Source: Eledone cirrhosa
Lineage: Eukaryota
Length of the DNA stretch: 64,000 nucleotides
NCBI GenBank assembly: GCA_964016885.1
Contig: OZ024740.1
Coordinates: forward strand, 312,852,001 to 312,916,000
Direction: 5' to 3'
Below the pieces are notes generated by a model. The model made no database searches. It was not told where the DNA came from and saw only the letters and a list, made by a program, of their open reading frames with translations. Made by a program: the position numbers and the translations under genes. This document shows positions 28,936 through 46,900 of the stretch, in pieces. Positions within the stretch are counted from its first letter, which is position 1. Each line of letters starts with the position of its first letter.

Positions 28936-31900
28936 ATATATGTGTTAGAGCATGCTCCAAATTTAAAGACCAGTGTGGAAACTATGTATTTAATCAAGTG
29001 GTATGAACTGACTAAGAGTACAAAACTCCCCCTGGACAGGACACCAGTCCATTACAGGGTTAACTCCCCACCCAGTTATTGGTGGTTATCATCTTCAGCT
29101 GAGTATATTGGAGTAACATGAAATGAAGTGTTTTGCTCAAGAACACAACTCACAGCCCAGTCCAGGAATCAAACCAATGACATTATTATTGCAAGTCCAA
29201 CACCCTTACCACAAGGCCACACACTTCCTCTATTACTCAGGTAATAAAATATAATATTACCCAGGTTTCAATCATGTCATATCAAGTACCTCTGTTCTAA
29301 CATATCTCCCTTGCTATCCTCCATGGCAATGTATTCTCCATCCTGTCAGCTGGACCAAGAGGCGGAGGGTAAATTAGTTGGAAGTGGAGGATACTTGTTC
29401 GGATGTCACACATATACACATATACAGTACTTGTCTTTAAGAATGTTATACACAGATATTGTTTACAATAAAGACCATTACTTCATATCCATATCTCAAA
29501 GAAAACATCTACAACAATGTCTGTATTACCTTCATTGTACACACTGCCTCCATCACTAGTTTTACTCCTTGGGGTGGGTTTTTCATAGCTTTCACAATAG
29601 TAATATCATTTTGTTTCAGGGTATGTAGTGCTGCAACAGCACTGTTAAAAGCTGGCATGGCCATTTTCAGCTTTTCTTCACATTCATCCTGCAGGAAAAA
29701 TAAAATTTGGGATATAATTTTGAACTTAACACAAACATTTTCACAAATTCCTCTTTTTATGTTAGGTGTTAATAGTAAGTTTTCTAATGATTATGGATAA
29801 GTGGCTATATTATGGAACACCTGGTTATATTTGGAACACCTGGATAATACCTGTGATTATTTGTCATAAGTTTAAAAAATAAGGGTTCATGTATGTCAAT
29901 AAAATTTAATTGCAAGGTGGAAATCAAAGTTTATATGCCAATGATACTGTGAAACAGAAGTTGAGTGTAACTAATATTTTTATACTTTATATTAATTAAT
30001 TTATTAATAACTGTATATATATACTTGAATATAAACTGAAGAATATGTGGGGTGGGGGAAGGAAGGTCAGCTTATATTCAAGGTCAATATTTTCACCAAC
30101 TTTAAATTCTATGTAAATAAGGTTTGGGTTTCTGTTGATTTCTCAGACATAAAATGTTGATAATGATGACATACCCCCTCCCCCCACCCGTGAATACTTG
30201 ACCATAACCTCAGAGGAATGACTCTTTAATAATTTTTTAGGTAAGCCAACACAAATGCAACATGTGATTGAAACTTAAATTATGAGAGGCCACATGATAA
30301 TAGAAATTTCAATGGTTAACACAATTGTCATCCAACCACCATTGTTACAACTACCATCCAATCACCATTGCTACAACTACCATCCAATCACCATTGCTAC
30401 AACTACCATCCAACTACCATTGCTACAACTACCATTCAACCACCATTGCTACAACTACCATCCACTCACCATTGCTACAACTACCATCCAATCACCATTG
30501 CTACAACTACCATCCAACCACCATTGTTACAACTACCATCCAATCACCATTGCTACAACTACCATCCAACCACCATTGCTACAACAACCATCCAATCACC
30601 ATTGTTACAACAACCATCCAATCACCATTGCTACAACTACCATCCAATGACCATTGCTACAACTACCATCCAACAACCATTGTTACAACTACCATCCAAT
30701 CACCATTGCTACAACAACCATCCAATCACCATTGCTACAACTACCATCCAATCACCATTGCTACAACTACCATCCAACAACCATTGTTACAACTACCATC
30801 CAACCACCATTGCTACAACTACCATCCAATCACCATTGCTACAACTACGATCCAATCACCATTGTTACAACTACGATCCAATCACCATTGTTACAACTAC
30901 CATCCACTCACCATTGCTACAACTACCATCCAACTACCATTGCTACAACTACCATCCAATCACCATTGTTACAACTACCATCCAACTACCATTGCTACAA
31001 CTACCATCCAACCACCATTGTTACAACTACCATCCAAACACCATTGCTACAACTACCATCGAACCACCATTGCTACAACTACCATCCAATCACCATTGCT
31101 ACAACTACCATCCAATCACCATTGCTACAACTACCATCCAACCACCATTGCTACAACTACCATCCAATCACCATTGCTACAACTACCATCCAATCACCAT
31201 TGCTACAACTACCATCCAATCACCATTGCTACAACTACCATCCAACCACCATTGTTACAACTACCATCCAACCACCATTGCTACAACTACCATCCAATCA
31301 CCATTGCTACAACTACCATCCAACAACCATTGTTACAACTACCATCCAATCACCATTGCTACAACTACCATCCAACCACCATTGCTACAACTACCAGCCA
31401 ATCACCATTGCAACAACTACCATCCAATCACCATTGCTACAACAACCATCCAATCACCATTGTTACAACAACCATCCAATCACCATTGTTACAACTACCA
31501 TCCAACCACCATTGTTACAACTACCATCCAACCACCATTGCTACAACTACCATCCAACCACCATTGTTACAACTACCATCCAACTACCATTGTTACAACT
31601 ACCATCCAACAACCATTGTTACAACTACCATCCAACCACCATTGTTACAACTACCATCCAACCACCATTGTTACAACTACCATCCAACTACCATTGTTGC
31701 AACTACCATCCAACTACCATTGTTACAACTACCATTCAACCACCATTGCTACAACTACCATCCAATCACCATTGCTACAACTACCATCCAATCACCATTG
31801 CTACAACTACCATCCAACCACCATTGCTACAACTACCATCCAATCACCATTGCTACAACTACCATCCAACTACCATTGCTACAACTACCATCCAATCACC

Positions 31901-34900
31901 ATTGCTACAACTACCATCCAACCACCATTGCTACAACTACCATTCAATCACCATTGCTACAACTACCATCCAATCACCATTGCTACAACTACCATTCAAT
32001 CACCATTGCTACAACTACCATCCAATCACCATTGCTACAACTACCATCCAACCACCATTGTTACAACTACCATTCAACAACCATTGTTACAACTACCATC
32101 CAACCACCATTGTTACAACTACCATCCAACCACCATCATTACAACTACCATCCAACCACCATTGTTACAACTACCATCCAACTACCATTGTTGCAACTAC
32201 CATCCAACTACCATTGTTACAACTACCATCCAACAACCATTGTTACAACTACCATCCAACCACCATTGTTACAACTACCATCCAACTACCATTGTTACAA
32301 CTACCATCCAACAACCATTGTTACAACTACCATCCAACCACCATTGTTACAACTACCATCCAACCACCATTGTTACAACTACCATCCAACTACCATTGTT
32401 ACAACTACCATCCAACCACCATTGTTACAACTACCATCCAACTACCATTGTTACAACTACCATCCAACCACCATTGTTACAACTACCATCCAACTACCAT
32501 TGTTACAACTACCATCCAACTACCATTGTTACAACTACCATCCAACAACCATTGTTACAACTACCATCCAACCACCATTGTTACAACTACCATCCAACCA
32601 CCATCATTACAACTACCATCCAACCACCATCATTACAACTACCATTCAACCACCATTGTTACAACTACCATCCAACCACCATCATTACAACTACCATCCA
32701 ACCACCATTGTTACAACTACCATCCAACAACCATTGTTACAACTACCATCCAACCACCATTGTTACAACTACCATCCAACCACCATCATTACAACTACCA
32801 TCCAACCACCATTGTTACAACTACCATCCAACTACCATTGTTGCAACTACCATCCAACTACCATTGTTACAACTACCATTCAACCACCATTGCTACAACT
32901 ACCATCCAATCACCATTGCTACAACTACCATCCAATCACCATTGCTACAACTACCATCCAACCACCATTGCTACAACTACCATCCAATCACCATTGCTAC
33001 AACTACCATCCAACTACCATTGCTACAACTACCATCCAATCACCATTGCTACAACTACCATCCAACCACCATTGCTACAACTACCATTCAATCACCATTG
33101 CTACAACTACCATCCAATCACCATTGCTACAACTACCATCCAATCACCATTGCTACAACTACCATCCAACCACCATTGTTACAACTACCATCCAACTACC
33201 ATTGTTACAACTACCATCCAACAACCATTGTTACAACTACCATCCAACCACCATTGTTACAACTACCATCCAACCACCATTGCTACAACTACCATCCAAC
33301 TACCATTGTTGCAACTACCATCCAACTACCATTGTTACAACTACCATTCAACCACCATTGCTACAACTACCATCCAATCACCATTGCTACAACTACCATC
33401 CAATCACCATTGCTACAACTACCATCCAACCACCATTGCTACAACTACCATTCAACCACCATTGTTACAACTACCATCCAATCACCATTGTTACAACTAC
33501 CATCCAATCACCATTGCTACAACTACCATTCAACCACCATTGTTACAACTACCATCCAATCACCATTGCTACAACTACCATCCAATCATCATTGCTACAA
33601 CTACCATCCAACCACCATTGTTACAACTACCATCCAATCACCATTGCTACAACTATCATCCAATCACCATTGTTGCAACTACCATCCAATCACCATTGTT
33701 ACAACTACCATCCACTCACCATTGTTACAACTACCATCCACTCACCATTGCTACAACTACCATCCAACCACCATTGTTACAACTACCATCCAATCACCAT
33801 TGCTACAACTACCATCCAATCACCATTGTTGCAACTACCATCCAATCACCATTGCTACAACTACCATCCAATCACCATTGCTACAACTACCATCCAACCA
33901 CCATTGTTACAACTACCATCCAATCACCATTGTTGCAACTACCATCCAATCACCATTGCTACAACTACCATCCAATCACCATTGTTACAACTACCATCCA
34001 ACCACCATTGTTACAACTACCATCCAATCACCATTGTTGCAACTACCATCCAATCACCATTGCTACAACTACCATCCAATCACCATTGCTACAACTACCA
34101 TCCAATCACCATTGCTGCAACTACCATCCAATCACCATTGCTACAACTACCATCCAATCACCATTGTTACAACTACCATCCAATCACCATTGCTACAACT
34201 ACCATCCAACCACGATTGTTACAACCACCATCCAACTACCATTGTTGCAACTACCATCCAACCACCATTGTTACAACTACCATCCAACCACCATTGTTAC
34301 AACTACCATCCAACCACCATTGCTACAACTACCATCCAACCACCATTGTTACAACTACCATCCAACCACCATTGCTACAACTACCATCCAACTACCATTG
34401 TTACAACTACCATCCAATCACCATTGTTACAACTACCATCCAACCACCATTGTTACAACTACCATCCAACTACCATTGCTACAACTACCATCCAACCACC
34501 ATTGTTACAACTACCATCCAACAACCATTGTTACAACTACCATCCAACCACCATTGTTACAACTACCATCCAACCACCATCATTACAACTACCATCCAAC
34601 CACCATTGTTACAACTACCATCCAACTACCATTGTTGCAACTACCATCCAACTACCATTGTTACAACTACCATTCAACCACCATTGCTACAACTACCATC
34701 CAATCACCATTGCTACAACTACCATCCAATCACCATTGCTACAACTACCATCCAACCACCATTGCTACAACTACCATCCAATCACCATTGCTACAACTAC
34801 CATCCAACTACCATTGCTACAACTACCATCCAATCACCATTGCTACAACTACCATCCAACCACCATTGCTACAACTACCATTCAATCACCATTGCTACAA

Positions 34901-37900
34901 CTACCATCCAATCACCATTGCTACAACTACCATCCAATCACCATTGCTACAACTACCATCCAACCACCATTGTTACAACTACCATCCAACTACCATTGTT
35001 ACAACTACCATCCAACAACCATTGTTACAACTACCATCCAACCACCATTGTTACAACTACCATCCAACCACCATTGCTACAACTACCATCCAACTACCAT
35101 TGTTGCAACTACCATCCAACTACCATTGTTACAACTACCATTCAACCACCATTGCTACAACTACCATCCAATCACCATTGCTACAACTACCATCCAATCA
35201 CCATTGCTACAACTACCATCCAACCACCATTGCTACAACTACCATTCAACCACCATTGTTACAACTACCATCCAATCACCATTGTTACAACTACCATCCA
35301 ATCACCATTGCTACAACTACCATTCAACCACCATTGTTACAACTACCATCCAATCACCATTGCTACAACTACCATCCAATCACCATTGCTACAACTACCA
35401 TCCAATCACCATTGCTACAACTACCATCCAATCATCATTGCTACAACTACCATCCAACCACCATTGTTACAACTACCATCCAATCACCATTGCTACAACT
35501 ATCATCCAATCACCATTGTTGCAACTACCATCCAATCACCATTGTTACAACTACCATCCACTCACCATTGTTACAACTACCATCCACTCACCATTGCTAC
35601 AACTACCATCCAATCACCATTGTTGCAACTACCATCCAATCACCATTGCTACAACTACCATCCAATCACCATTGTTACAACTACCATCCAACCACCATTG
35701 TTACAACTACCATCCAATCACCATTGTTGCAACTACCATCCAATCACCATTGCTACAACTACCATCCAATCACCATTGCTACAACTACCATCCAATCACC
35801 ATTGCTGCAACTACCATCCAATCACCATTGCTACAACTACCATCCAATCACCATTGTTACAACTACCATCCAATCACCATTGCTACAACTACCATCCAAC
35901 CACGATTGTTACAACCACCATCCAACTACCATTGTTGCAACTACCATCCAACCACCATTGTTACAACTACCATCCAACCACCATTGTTACAACTACCATC
36001 CAACCACCATTGTTACAACTACCATCCAACCACCATTGCTACAACTACCATCCAACCACCATTGTTACAACTACCATCCAACCACCATTGCTACAACTAC
36101 CATCCAACTACCATTGTTACAACTACCATCCAATCACCATTGTTACAACTACCATCCAACCACCATTGTTACAACTACCATCCAACTACCATTGTTACAA
36201 CTACCATCCAACAACCATTGTTACAACTACCATCCAACCACCATTGTTACAACTACCATCCAACCACCATTGTTACAACTACCATCCAACTACCATTGTT
36301 GCAACTACCATCCAACTACCATTGTTACAACTACCATTCAACCACCATTGCTACAACTACCATCCAATCACCATTGCTACAACTACCATCCAATCACCAT
36401 TGCTACAACTACCATCCAACCACCATTGCTACAACTACCATCCAATCACCATTGCTACAACTACCATCCAACTACCATTGCTACAACTACCATCCAATCA
36501 CCATTGCTACAACTACCATCCAACCACCATTGCTACAACTACCATTCAATCACCATTGCTACAACTACCATCCAATCACCATTGCTACAACTACCATCCA
36601 ATCACCATTGCTACAACTACCATCCAACCACCATTGTTACAACTACCATCCAACTACCATTGTTACAACTACCATCCAACAACCATTGTTAAAACTACCA
36701 TCCAATCACCATTGCTACAACTACCATCCAATCACCATTGCTACAACTACCATCCAATCACCATTGCTACAACTACCATCCAATCACCATTGCTACAACT
36801 ACCATCCAATCACCATTGCTGCAACTACCATCCAATCACCATTGCTACAACTACCATCCAATCACCATTGTTACAACTACCATCCAATCACCATTGCTAC
36901 AACTACCATCCAATCACCATTGCTACAACAACCATCCAATCACCATTATTACAACTACCATCCAATCACCATTGCTACAACTACCATCCAATCACCATTG
37001 CTACAACTACCATCCAACCACCATTGCTACAACTACCATCCAATCACCATTGCTACAACTACCATCCAATCACCATTGCTACAACAACCATCCAATCACC
37101 ATTGTTACAACTACCATCCAATCACCATTGCTACAACTACCATCCAATCACCATTGCTACAACTACCATCCAACCACCATTGCTACAACTACCATCCAAC
37201 CACCATTGCTACAACTACCATCCAATCACCATTGCTACAACTACCATCCAACTACCATTGCTACAACTACCATCCAATCACCATTGCTACAACTACCATC
37301 CAACCACCATTGCTACAACTACCATTCAATCACCATTGCTACAACTACCATCCAATCACCATTGCTACAACTACCATCCAATCACCATTGCTACAACTAC
37401 CATCCAACAACCATTGTTACAACTACCATCCAATCACCATTGCTACAACTACCATCCAACCACCATTGCTACAACAACCATCCAATCACCATTGTTACAA
37501 CTACCATCCAATCACCATTGCTACAACTACCATCCAATCACCATTGCTACAACTACCATCCAACCACCATTGCTACAACTACCATCCAATCACCATTGCT
37601 ACAACTACCATCCAATCACCATTGCTACAACAACCATCCAATCACCATTGTTACAACTACCATCCAATCGCCATTGCTACAACTACCATCCAATCACCAT
37701 TGCTACAACTACCATCCAATCACCATTGCTACAACTACCATCCAACAACCATTGTTACAACTACCATCCAATCACCATTGCTACAACTACCATCCAACCA
37801 CCATTGCTACAACTACCATCCAATCACCATTGCTACAACTACCATCCAATCACCATTGCTACAACAACCATCCAATCACCATTGTTACAACTACCATCCA

Positions 37901-40900
37901 ATCACCATTGCTACAACTACCATCCAATCACCATTGCTACAACTACCATCCAACCACCATTGCTACAACTACCATCCAATCACCATTGCTACAACTACCA
38001 TCCAATCACCATTGCTACAACAACCATCCAATCACCATTGTTACAACTACCATCCAATCACCATTGCTACAACTACCATCCAATCACCATTGCTACAACT
38101 ACCATCCAATCACCATTGCTACAACTACCATCCAACAACCATTGTTACAACTACCATCCAATCACCATTGCTACAACTACCATCCAACCACCATTGCTAC
38201 AACTTCCATCCAATCACCATTGCTACAACTACCATCCAATCACCATTGCTACAACAACCATCCAATCACCATTGTTACAACTACCATCCAATCACCATTG
38301 CTACAACTACCATCCAATCACCATTGCTACAACTACCATCCAACCACCATTGCTAGAACTACCATCCAATCACCATTGCTACAACTACCATCCAACTACC
38401 ATTGCTACAACTACCATCCAATCACCATTGCTACAACTACCATCCAACCACCATTGCTACAACTACCATTCAATCACCATTGCTACAACTACCATCCAAT
38501 CACCATTGCTACAACTACCATTCAATCACCATTGCTACAACTACCATCCAATCACCATTGCTACAACTACCATCCAACCACCATTGTTACAACTACCATT
38601 CAACAACCATTGTTACAACTACCATCCAACTACCATTGATACAACTACCATCCAACTACCATTGTTACAACTACCATCCAACAACCATTGTTACAACTAC
38701 CATCCAACCACCATTGTTACAACTACCATCCAACCACCATTGTTACAACTACCATCCAACTACTATTGTTACAACTACCATCCAACCACCATTGTTACAA
38801 CTACCATCCAACTACCATTGTTACAACTACCATCCAACCACCATTGTTACAACTACCATCCAACTACCATTGTTACAACTACCATCCAACTACCATTGTT
38901 ACAACTACCATCCAACAACCATTGTTACAACTACCATCCAACCACCATCATTACAACTACCATCCAACCACCATCATTACAACTACCATCCAACCACCAT
39001 TGTTACAACTACCATCCAACTACCATTGTTGCAACTACCATCCAACTACCATTGTTACAACTACCATTCAACCACCATTGCTACAACTACCATCCAATCA
39101 CCATTGCTACATCTACCATCCACTACCATTGTTACAACTACCATCCAACCACCATTGCTACAACTACCATCCACTCACCATTGCTACAACTACCATCCAA
39201 TCACCATTGCTACAACTACCATCCAACTACCATTGTTGCAACTACCATCCAATCACCATTGCTACAACTACCATCCAACTACCATTGCTACAACTACCAT
39301 CCAATCACCATTGCTACAACTACCATCCAATCACCATTGCTACAACTACCATACAATCACCATTGCTACAACTACCATCCAATCACCATTGCTACAACTA
39401 CCATCCAATCACCATTGTTACAACTACCATCCAATCACCATTGCTACAACTACCATTCAACCACCATTGTTACAACTACCATCCAATCACCATTGTTACA
39501 ACTACCATCCAATCACCATTGCTACAACTACCATTCAACCACCATTGTTACAACTACCATCCAATCACCATTGCTACAACTACCATCCAATCACCATTGC
39601 TACAACTACCATCCAATCACCATTGCTACAACTACCATCCAATCATCATTGCTACAACTACCATCCAACCACCATTGTTACAACTACCATCCAATCACCA
39701 TTGCTACAACTATCATCCAATCACCATTGTTGCAACTACCATCCACCCACCATTGTTACAACTACCATCCACTCACCATTGTTACAACTACCATCCACTC
39801 ACCATTGCTACAACTACCATCCAATCACCATTGTTGCAACTACCATCCAATCACCATTGCTACAACTACCATCCAATCACCATTGTTACAACTACCATCC
39901 AACCACCATTGTTACAACTACCATCCAATCACCATTGTTGCAACTACCATCCAATTACCATTGCTACAACTACCATCCAATCACCATTGCTACAACTACC
40001 ATCCAATCACCATTGCTGCAACTACCATCCAATCACCATTGCTACAACTACCATCCAATCACCATTGTTACAACTACCATCCAATCACCATTGCTACAAC
40101 TACCATCCAACCACCATTGTTACAACCACCATCCAACCACCATTGTTGCAACTACCATCCAACCACCATTGTTACAACTACCATCCAACCACCATTGTTA
40201 CAACTACCATCCAACCACCATTGCTACAACTACCATCCAACCACCATTGTTACAACTACCATCCAACTACCATTGTTACAACTACCATCCAATCACCATT
40301 GTTACAACTACCATCCAACCACCATTGTTACAACTACCATCCAACCACCATTGCTACAACTACCATCCAACCACCATTGTTACAACTACCATCCAACTAC
40401 CATTGTTACAACTACCATCCAACAACCATTGTTACAACTACCATCCAACCACCATTGTTACAACTACCATCCAACCACCATTGTTACAACTACCATCCAA
40501 CTACCATTGTTGCAACTACCATCCAACTACCATTGTTACAACTACCATTCAACCACCATTGCTACAACTACCATCCAATCACCATTGCTACAACTACCAT
40601 CCAATCACCATTGCTACAACTACCATCCAACCACCATTGCTACAACTACCATCCAATCACCATTGCTACAACTACCATCCAACTACCATTGCTACAACTA
40701 CCATCCAATCACCATTGCTACAACTACCATCCAACCACCATTGCTACAACTACCATTCAATCACCATTGCTACAACTACCATCCAATCACCATTGCTACA
40801 ACTACCATTCAATCACCATTGCTACAACTACCATCCAATCACCATTGCTACAACTACCATCCAACCACCATTGTTACAACTACCATTCAACAACCATTGT

Positions 40901-43900
40901 TACAACTACCATCCAACCACCATTGTTACAACTACCATCCAACCACCATCATTACAACTACCATCCAACCACCATTGTTACAACTACCATCCAATCACCA
41001 TTGCTACATCTACCATCCACTACCATTGTTACAACTACCATCCAACCACCATTGCTACAACTACCATCCACTCACCATTGCTACAACTACCATCCAATCA
41101 CCATTGCTACAACTACCATCCAACTACCATTGTTGCAACTACCATCCAATCACCATTGCTACAACTACCATCCAACTACCATTGCTACAACTACCATCCA
41201 ATCACCATTGCTACAACTACCATCCAATCACCATTGCTACAACTACCATACAATCACCATTGCTACAACTACCATCCAATCACCATTGCTACAACTACCA
41301 TCCAATCACCATTGTTACAACTACCATCCAATCACCATTGCTACAACTACCATTCAACCACCATTGTTACAACTACCATCCAATCACCATTGTTACAACT
41401 ACCATCCAATCACCATTGCTACAACTACCATTCAACCACCATTGTTACAACTACCATCCAATCACCATTGCTACAACTACCATCCAATCACCATTGCTAC
41501 AACTACCATCCAATCACCATTGCTACAACTACCATCCAATCATCATTGCTACAACTACCATCCAACCACCATTGTTACAACTACCATCCAATCACCATTG
41601 CTACAACTATCATCCAATCACCATTGTTGCAACTACCATCCACCCACCATTGTTACAACTACCATCCACTCACCATTGTTACAACTACCATCCACTCACC
41701 ATTGCTACAACTACCATCCAATCACCATTGTTGCAACTACCATCCAATCACCATTGCTACAACTACCATCCAATCACCATTGTTACAACTACCATCCAAC
41801 CACCATTGTTACAACTACCATCCAATCACCATTGTTGCAACTACCATCCAATTACCATTGCTACAACTACCATCCAATCACCATTGCTACAACTACCATC
41901 CAATCACCATTGCTGCAACTACCATCCAATCACCATTGCTACAACTACCATCCAATCACCATTGTTACAACTACCATCCAATCACCATTGCTACAACTAC
42001 CATCCAACCACCATTGTTACAACCACCATCCAACCACCATTGTTGCAACTACCATCCAACCACCATTGTTACAACTACCATCCAACCACCATTGTTACAA
42101 CTACCATCCAACCACCATTGCTACAACTACCATCCAACCACCATTGTTACAACTACCATCCAACTACCATTGTTACAACTACCATCCAATCACCATTGTT
42201 ACAACTACCATCCAACCACCATTGTTACAACTACCATCCAACCACCATTGCTACAACTACCATCCAACCACCATTGTTACAACTACCATCCAACTACCAT
42301 TGTTACAACTACCATCCAACAACCATTGTTACAACTACCATCCAACCACCATTGTTACAACTACCATCCAACCACCATTGTTACAACTACCATCCAACTA
42401 CCATTGTTGCAACTACCATCCAACTACCATTGTTACAACTACCATTCAACCACCATTGCTACAACTACCATCCAATCACCATTGCTACAACTACCATCCA
42501 ATCACCATTGCTACAACTACCATCCAACCACCATTGCTACAACTACCATCCAATCACCATTGCTACAACTACCATCCAACTACCATTGCTACAACTACCA
42601 TCCAATCACCATTGCTACAACTACCATCCAACCACCATTGCTACAACTACCATTCAATCACCATTGCTACAACTACCATCCAATCACCATTGCTACAACT
42701 ACCATTCAATCACCATTGCTACAACTACCATCCAATCACCATTGCTACAACTACCATCCAACCACCATTGTTACAACTACCATTCAACAACCATTGTTAC
42801 AACTACCATCCAACCACCATTGTTACAACTACCATCCAACCACCATCATTACAACTACCATCCAACCACCATTGTTACAACTACCATCCAACTACCATTG
42901 TTGCAACTACCATCCAACTACCATTGTTACAACTACCATCCAACAACCATTGTTACAACTACCATCCAACCACCATTGTTACAACTACCATCCAACTACC
43001 ATTGTTACAACTACCATCCAACAACCATTGTTACAACTACCATCCAACCACCATTGTTACAACTACCATCCAACCACCATTGTTACAACTACCATCCAAC
43101 TACCATTGTTATAACTACCATCCAACCACCATTGTTACAACTACCATCCAACTACCATTGTTACAACTACCATCCAACCACCATTGTTACAACTACCATC
43201 CAACTACCATTGTTACAACTACCATCCAACAACCATTGTTACAACTACCATCCAACCACCATTGTTACAACTACCATCCAACCACCATCATTATAACTAC
43301 CATCCAACCACCATCATTACAACTACCATCCAACCACCATTGTTACAACTACCATCCAACCACCATCATTACAACTACCATCCAACCACCATTGTTACAA
43401 CTACCATCCAACAACCATTGTTACAACTACCATCCAACCACCATTGTTACAACTACCATCCAACCACCATCATTACAACTACCATCCAACCACCATTGTT
43501 ACAACTACCATCCAACTACCATTGTTGCAACTACCATCCAACTACCATTGTTACAACTACCATTCAACCACCATTGCTACAACTACCATCCAATCACCAT
43601 TGCTACAACTACCATCCAACTACCATTGTTACAACTACCATCCAACCACCATTGCTACAACTACCATCCACTCACCATTGCTACAACTACCATCCAATCA
43701 CCATTGCTACAACTACCATCCAACTACCATTGTTGCAACTACCATCCAATCACCATTGCTACAACTACCATCCAACTACCATTGCTACAACTACCATCCA
43801 ATCACCATTGCTACAACTACCATCCAATCACCATTGCTACAACTACCATCCAATCACCATTGCTACAACTACCATCCAATCACCATTGTTACAACTACCA

Positions 43901-46900
43901 TCCAATCAACATTGCTACAACTACCATTCAACCACCATTGTTACAACTACCATCCAATCACCATTGTTACAACTACCATCCAATCACCATTGCTACAACT
44001 ACCATTCAACCACCATTGTTACAACTACCATCCAATCACCATTGCTACAACTACCATCCAATCACCATTGCTACAACTACCATCCAATCACCATTGCTAC
44101 AACTACCATCCAATCACCATTGCTACAACTACCATCCAATCACCATTGCTGCAACTACCATCCAATCACCATTGCTACAACTACCATCCAATCACCATTG
44201 TTACAACTACCATCCAATCACCATTGCTACAACTACCATCCAATCACCATTGCTACAAGAACCATCCAATCACCATTGTTACAACTACCATCCAATCACC
44301 ATTGCTACAACTACCATCCAATCACCATTGCTACAACTACCATCCAACCACCATTGCTACAACTACCATCCAATCACCATTGCTACAACTACCATCCAAC
44401 TACCATTGCTACAACTACCATCCAATCACCATTGCTACAACTACCATCCAACCACCATTGCTACAACTACCATTCAATCACCATTGCTACAACTACCATC
44501 CAATCACCATTGCTACAACTACCATTCAATCACCATTGCTACAACTACCATCCAACCACCATTGTTACAACTACCATTCAACAACCATTGTTACAACTAC
44601 CATCCAACTACCATTGTTACAACTACCATCCAACTACCATTGTTACAACTACCATCCAACAACCATTGTTACAACTACCATCCAACCAGCATTGTTACAA
44701 CTACCATCCAACCACCATTGTTACAACTACCATCCAACTACCATTGTTACAACTACCATCCAACCACCATTGTTACAACTACCATCCAACTACCATTGTT
44801 ACAACTACCATCCAACCACCATTGTTACAACTACCATCCAACTACCATTGTTACAACTACCATCCAACTACCATTGTTACAACTACCATCCAACAACCAT
44901 TGTTACAACTACCATCCAACCACCATTGTTACAACTACCATCCAACCACCATCATTACAACTACCATCAAACCACCATCATTACAACTACCATCCAACCA
45001 CCATTGTTACAACTACCATCCAACCACCATCATTACAACTACCATCCAACCACCATTGTTACAACTACCATCCAACAACCATTGTTACAACTACCATCCA
45101 ACCACCATTGTTACAACTACCATCCAACCACCATCATTACAACTACCATCCAACCACCATTGTTACAACTACCATCCAACTACCATTGTTGCAACTACCA
45201 TCCAACTACCATTGTTACAACTACCATTCAACCACCATTGCTACAACTACCATCCAATCACCATTGCTACAACTACCATCCAACTACCATTGTTACAACT
45301 ACCAGCCAACCACCATTGCTACAACTACCATCCACTCACCATTGCTACAACTACCATCCAATCACCATTGCTACAACTACCATCCAACTACCATTGTTGC
45401 AACTACCATCCAATCACCATTGCTACAACTACCATCCAACTACCATTGCTACAACTACCATCCAATCACCATTGCTACAACTACCATCCAATCACCATTG
45501 CTACAACTACCATCCAATCACCATTGCTACAACTACCATCCAATCACCATTGCTACAACTACCATCCAATCACCATTGTTACAACTACCATCCAATCACC
45601 ATTGCTACAACTACCATTCAACCACCATTGTTACAACTACCATCCAATCACCATTGTTACAACTACCATCCAATCACCATTGCTACAACTACCATTCAAC
45701 CACCATTGTTACAACTACCATCCAATCACCATTGCTACAACTACCATCCAATCACCATTGCTACAACTACCATCCAATCACCATTGCTACAACTACCATC
45801 CAATCATCATTGCTACAACTACCATCCAACCACCATTGTTACAACTACCATCCAATCACCATTGCTACAACTATCATCCAATCACCATTGTTGCAACTAC
45901 CATCCAATCACCATTGTTAAAACTACCATCCACTCACCATTGTTACAACTACCATCCACTCACCATTGCTACAACTACCATCCAATCACCATTGTTGCAA
46001 CTACCATCCAATCACCATTGCTACAACTACCATCCAATCACCATTGTTACAACTACCATCCAACCACCATTGTTACAACTACCATCCAATCACCATTGTT
46101 GCAACTACCATCCAATCACCATTGCTACAACTACCATCCAATCACCATTGCTACAACTACCATCCAATCACCATTGCTGCAACTACCATCCAATCACCAT
46201 TGCTACAACTACCATCCAATCACCATTGTTACAACTACCATCCAATCACCATTGCTACAACTACCATCCAACCACGATTGTTACAACCACCATCCAACTA
46301 CCATTGTTGCAACTACCATCCAACCACCATTGTTACAACTACCATCCAACCACCATTGTTACAACTACCATCCAACCACCATTGCTACAACTACCATCCA
46401 ACCACCATTGTTACAACTACCATCCAACCACCATTGCTACAACTACCATCCAACTACCATTGTTACAACTACCATCCAATCACCATTGTTACAACTACCA
46501 TCCAACCACCATTGTTACAACTACCATCCAACTACCATTGTTACAACTACCATCCAACAACCATTGTTACAACTACCATCCAACCACCATTGTTACAACT
46601 ACCATCCAACCACCATTGTTACAACTACCATCCAACTACCATTGTTGCAACTACCATCCAACTACCATTGTTACAACTACCATTCAACCACCATTGCTAC
46701 AACTACCATCCAATCACCATTGCTACAACTACCATCCAATCACCATTGCTACAACTACCATCCAACCACCATTGCTACAACTACCATCCAATCACCATTG
46801 CTACAACTACCATCCAACTACCATTGCTACAACTACTATCCAATCACCATTGCTACAACTACCATCCAACCACCATTGCTACAACTACCATTCAATCACC

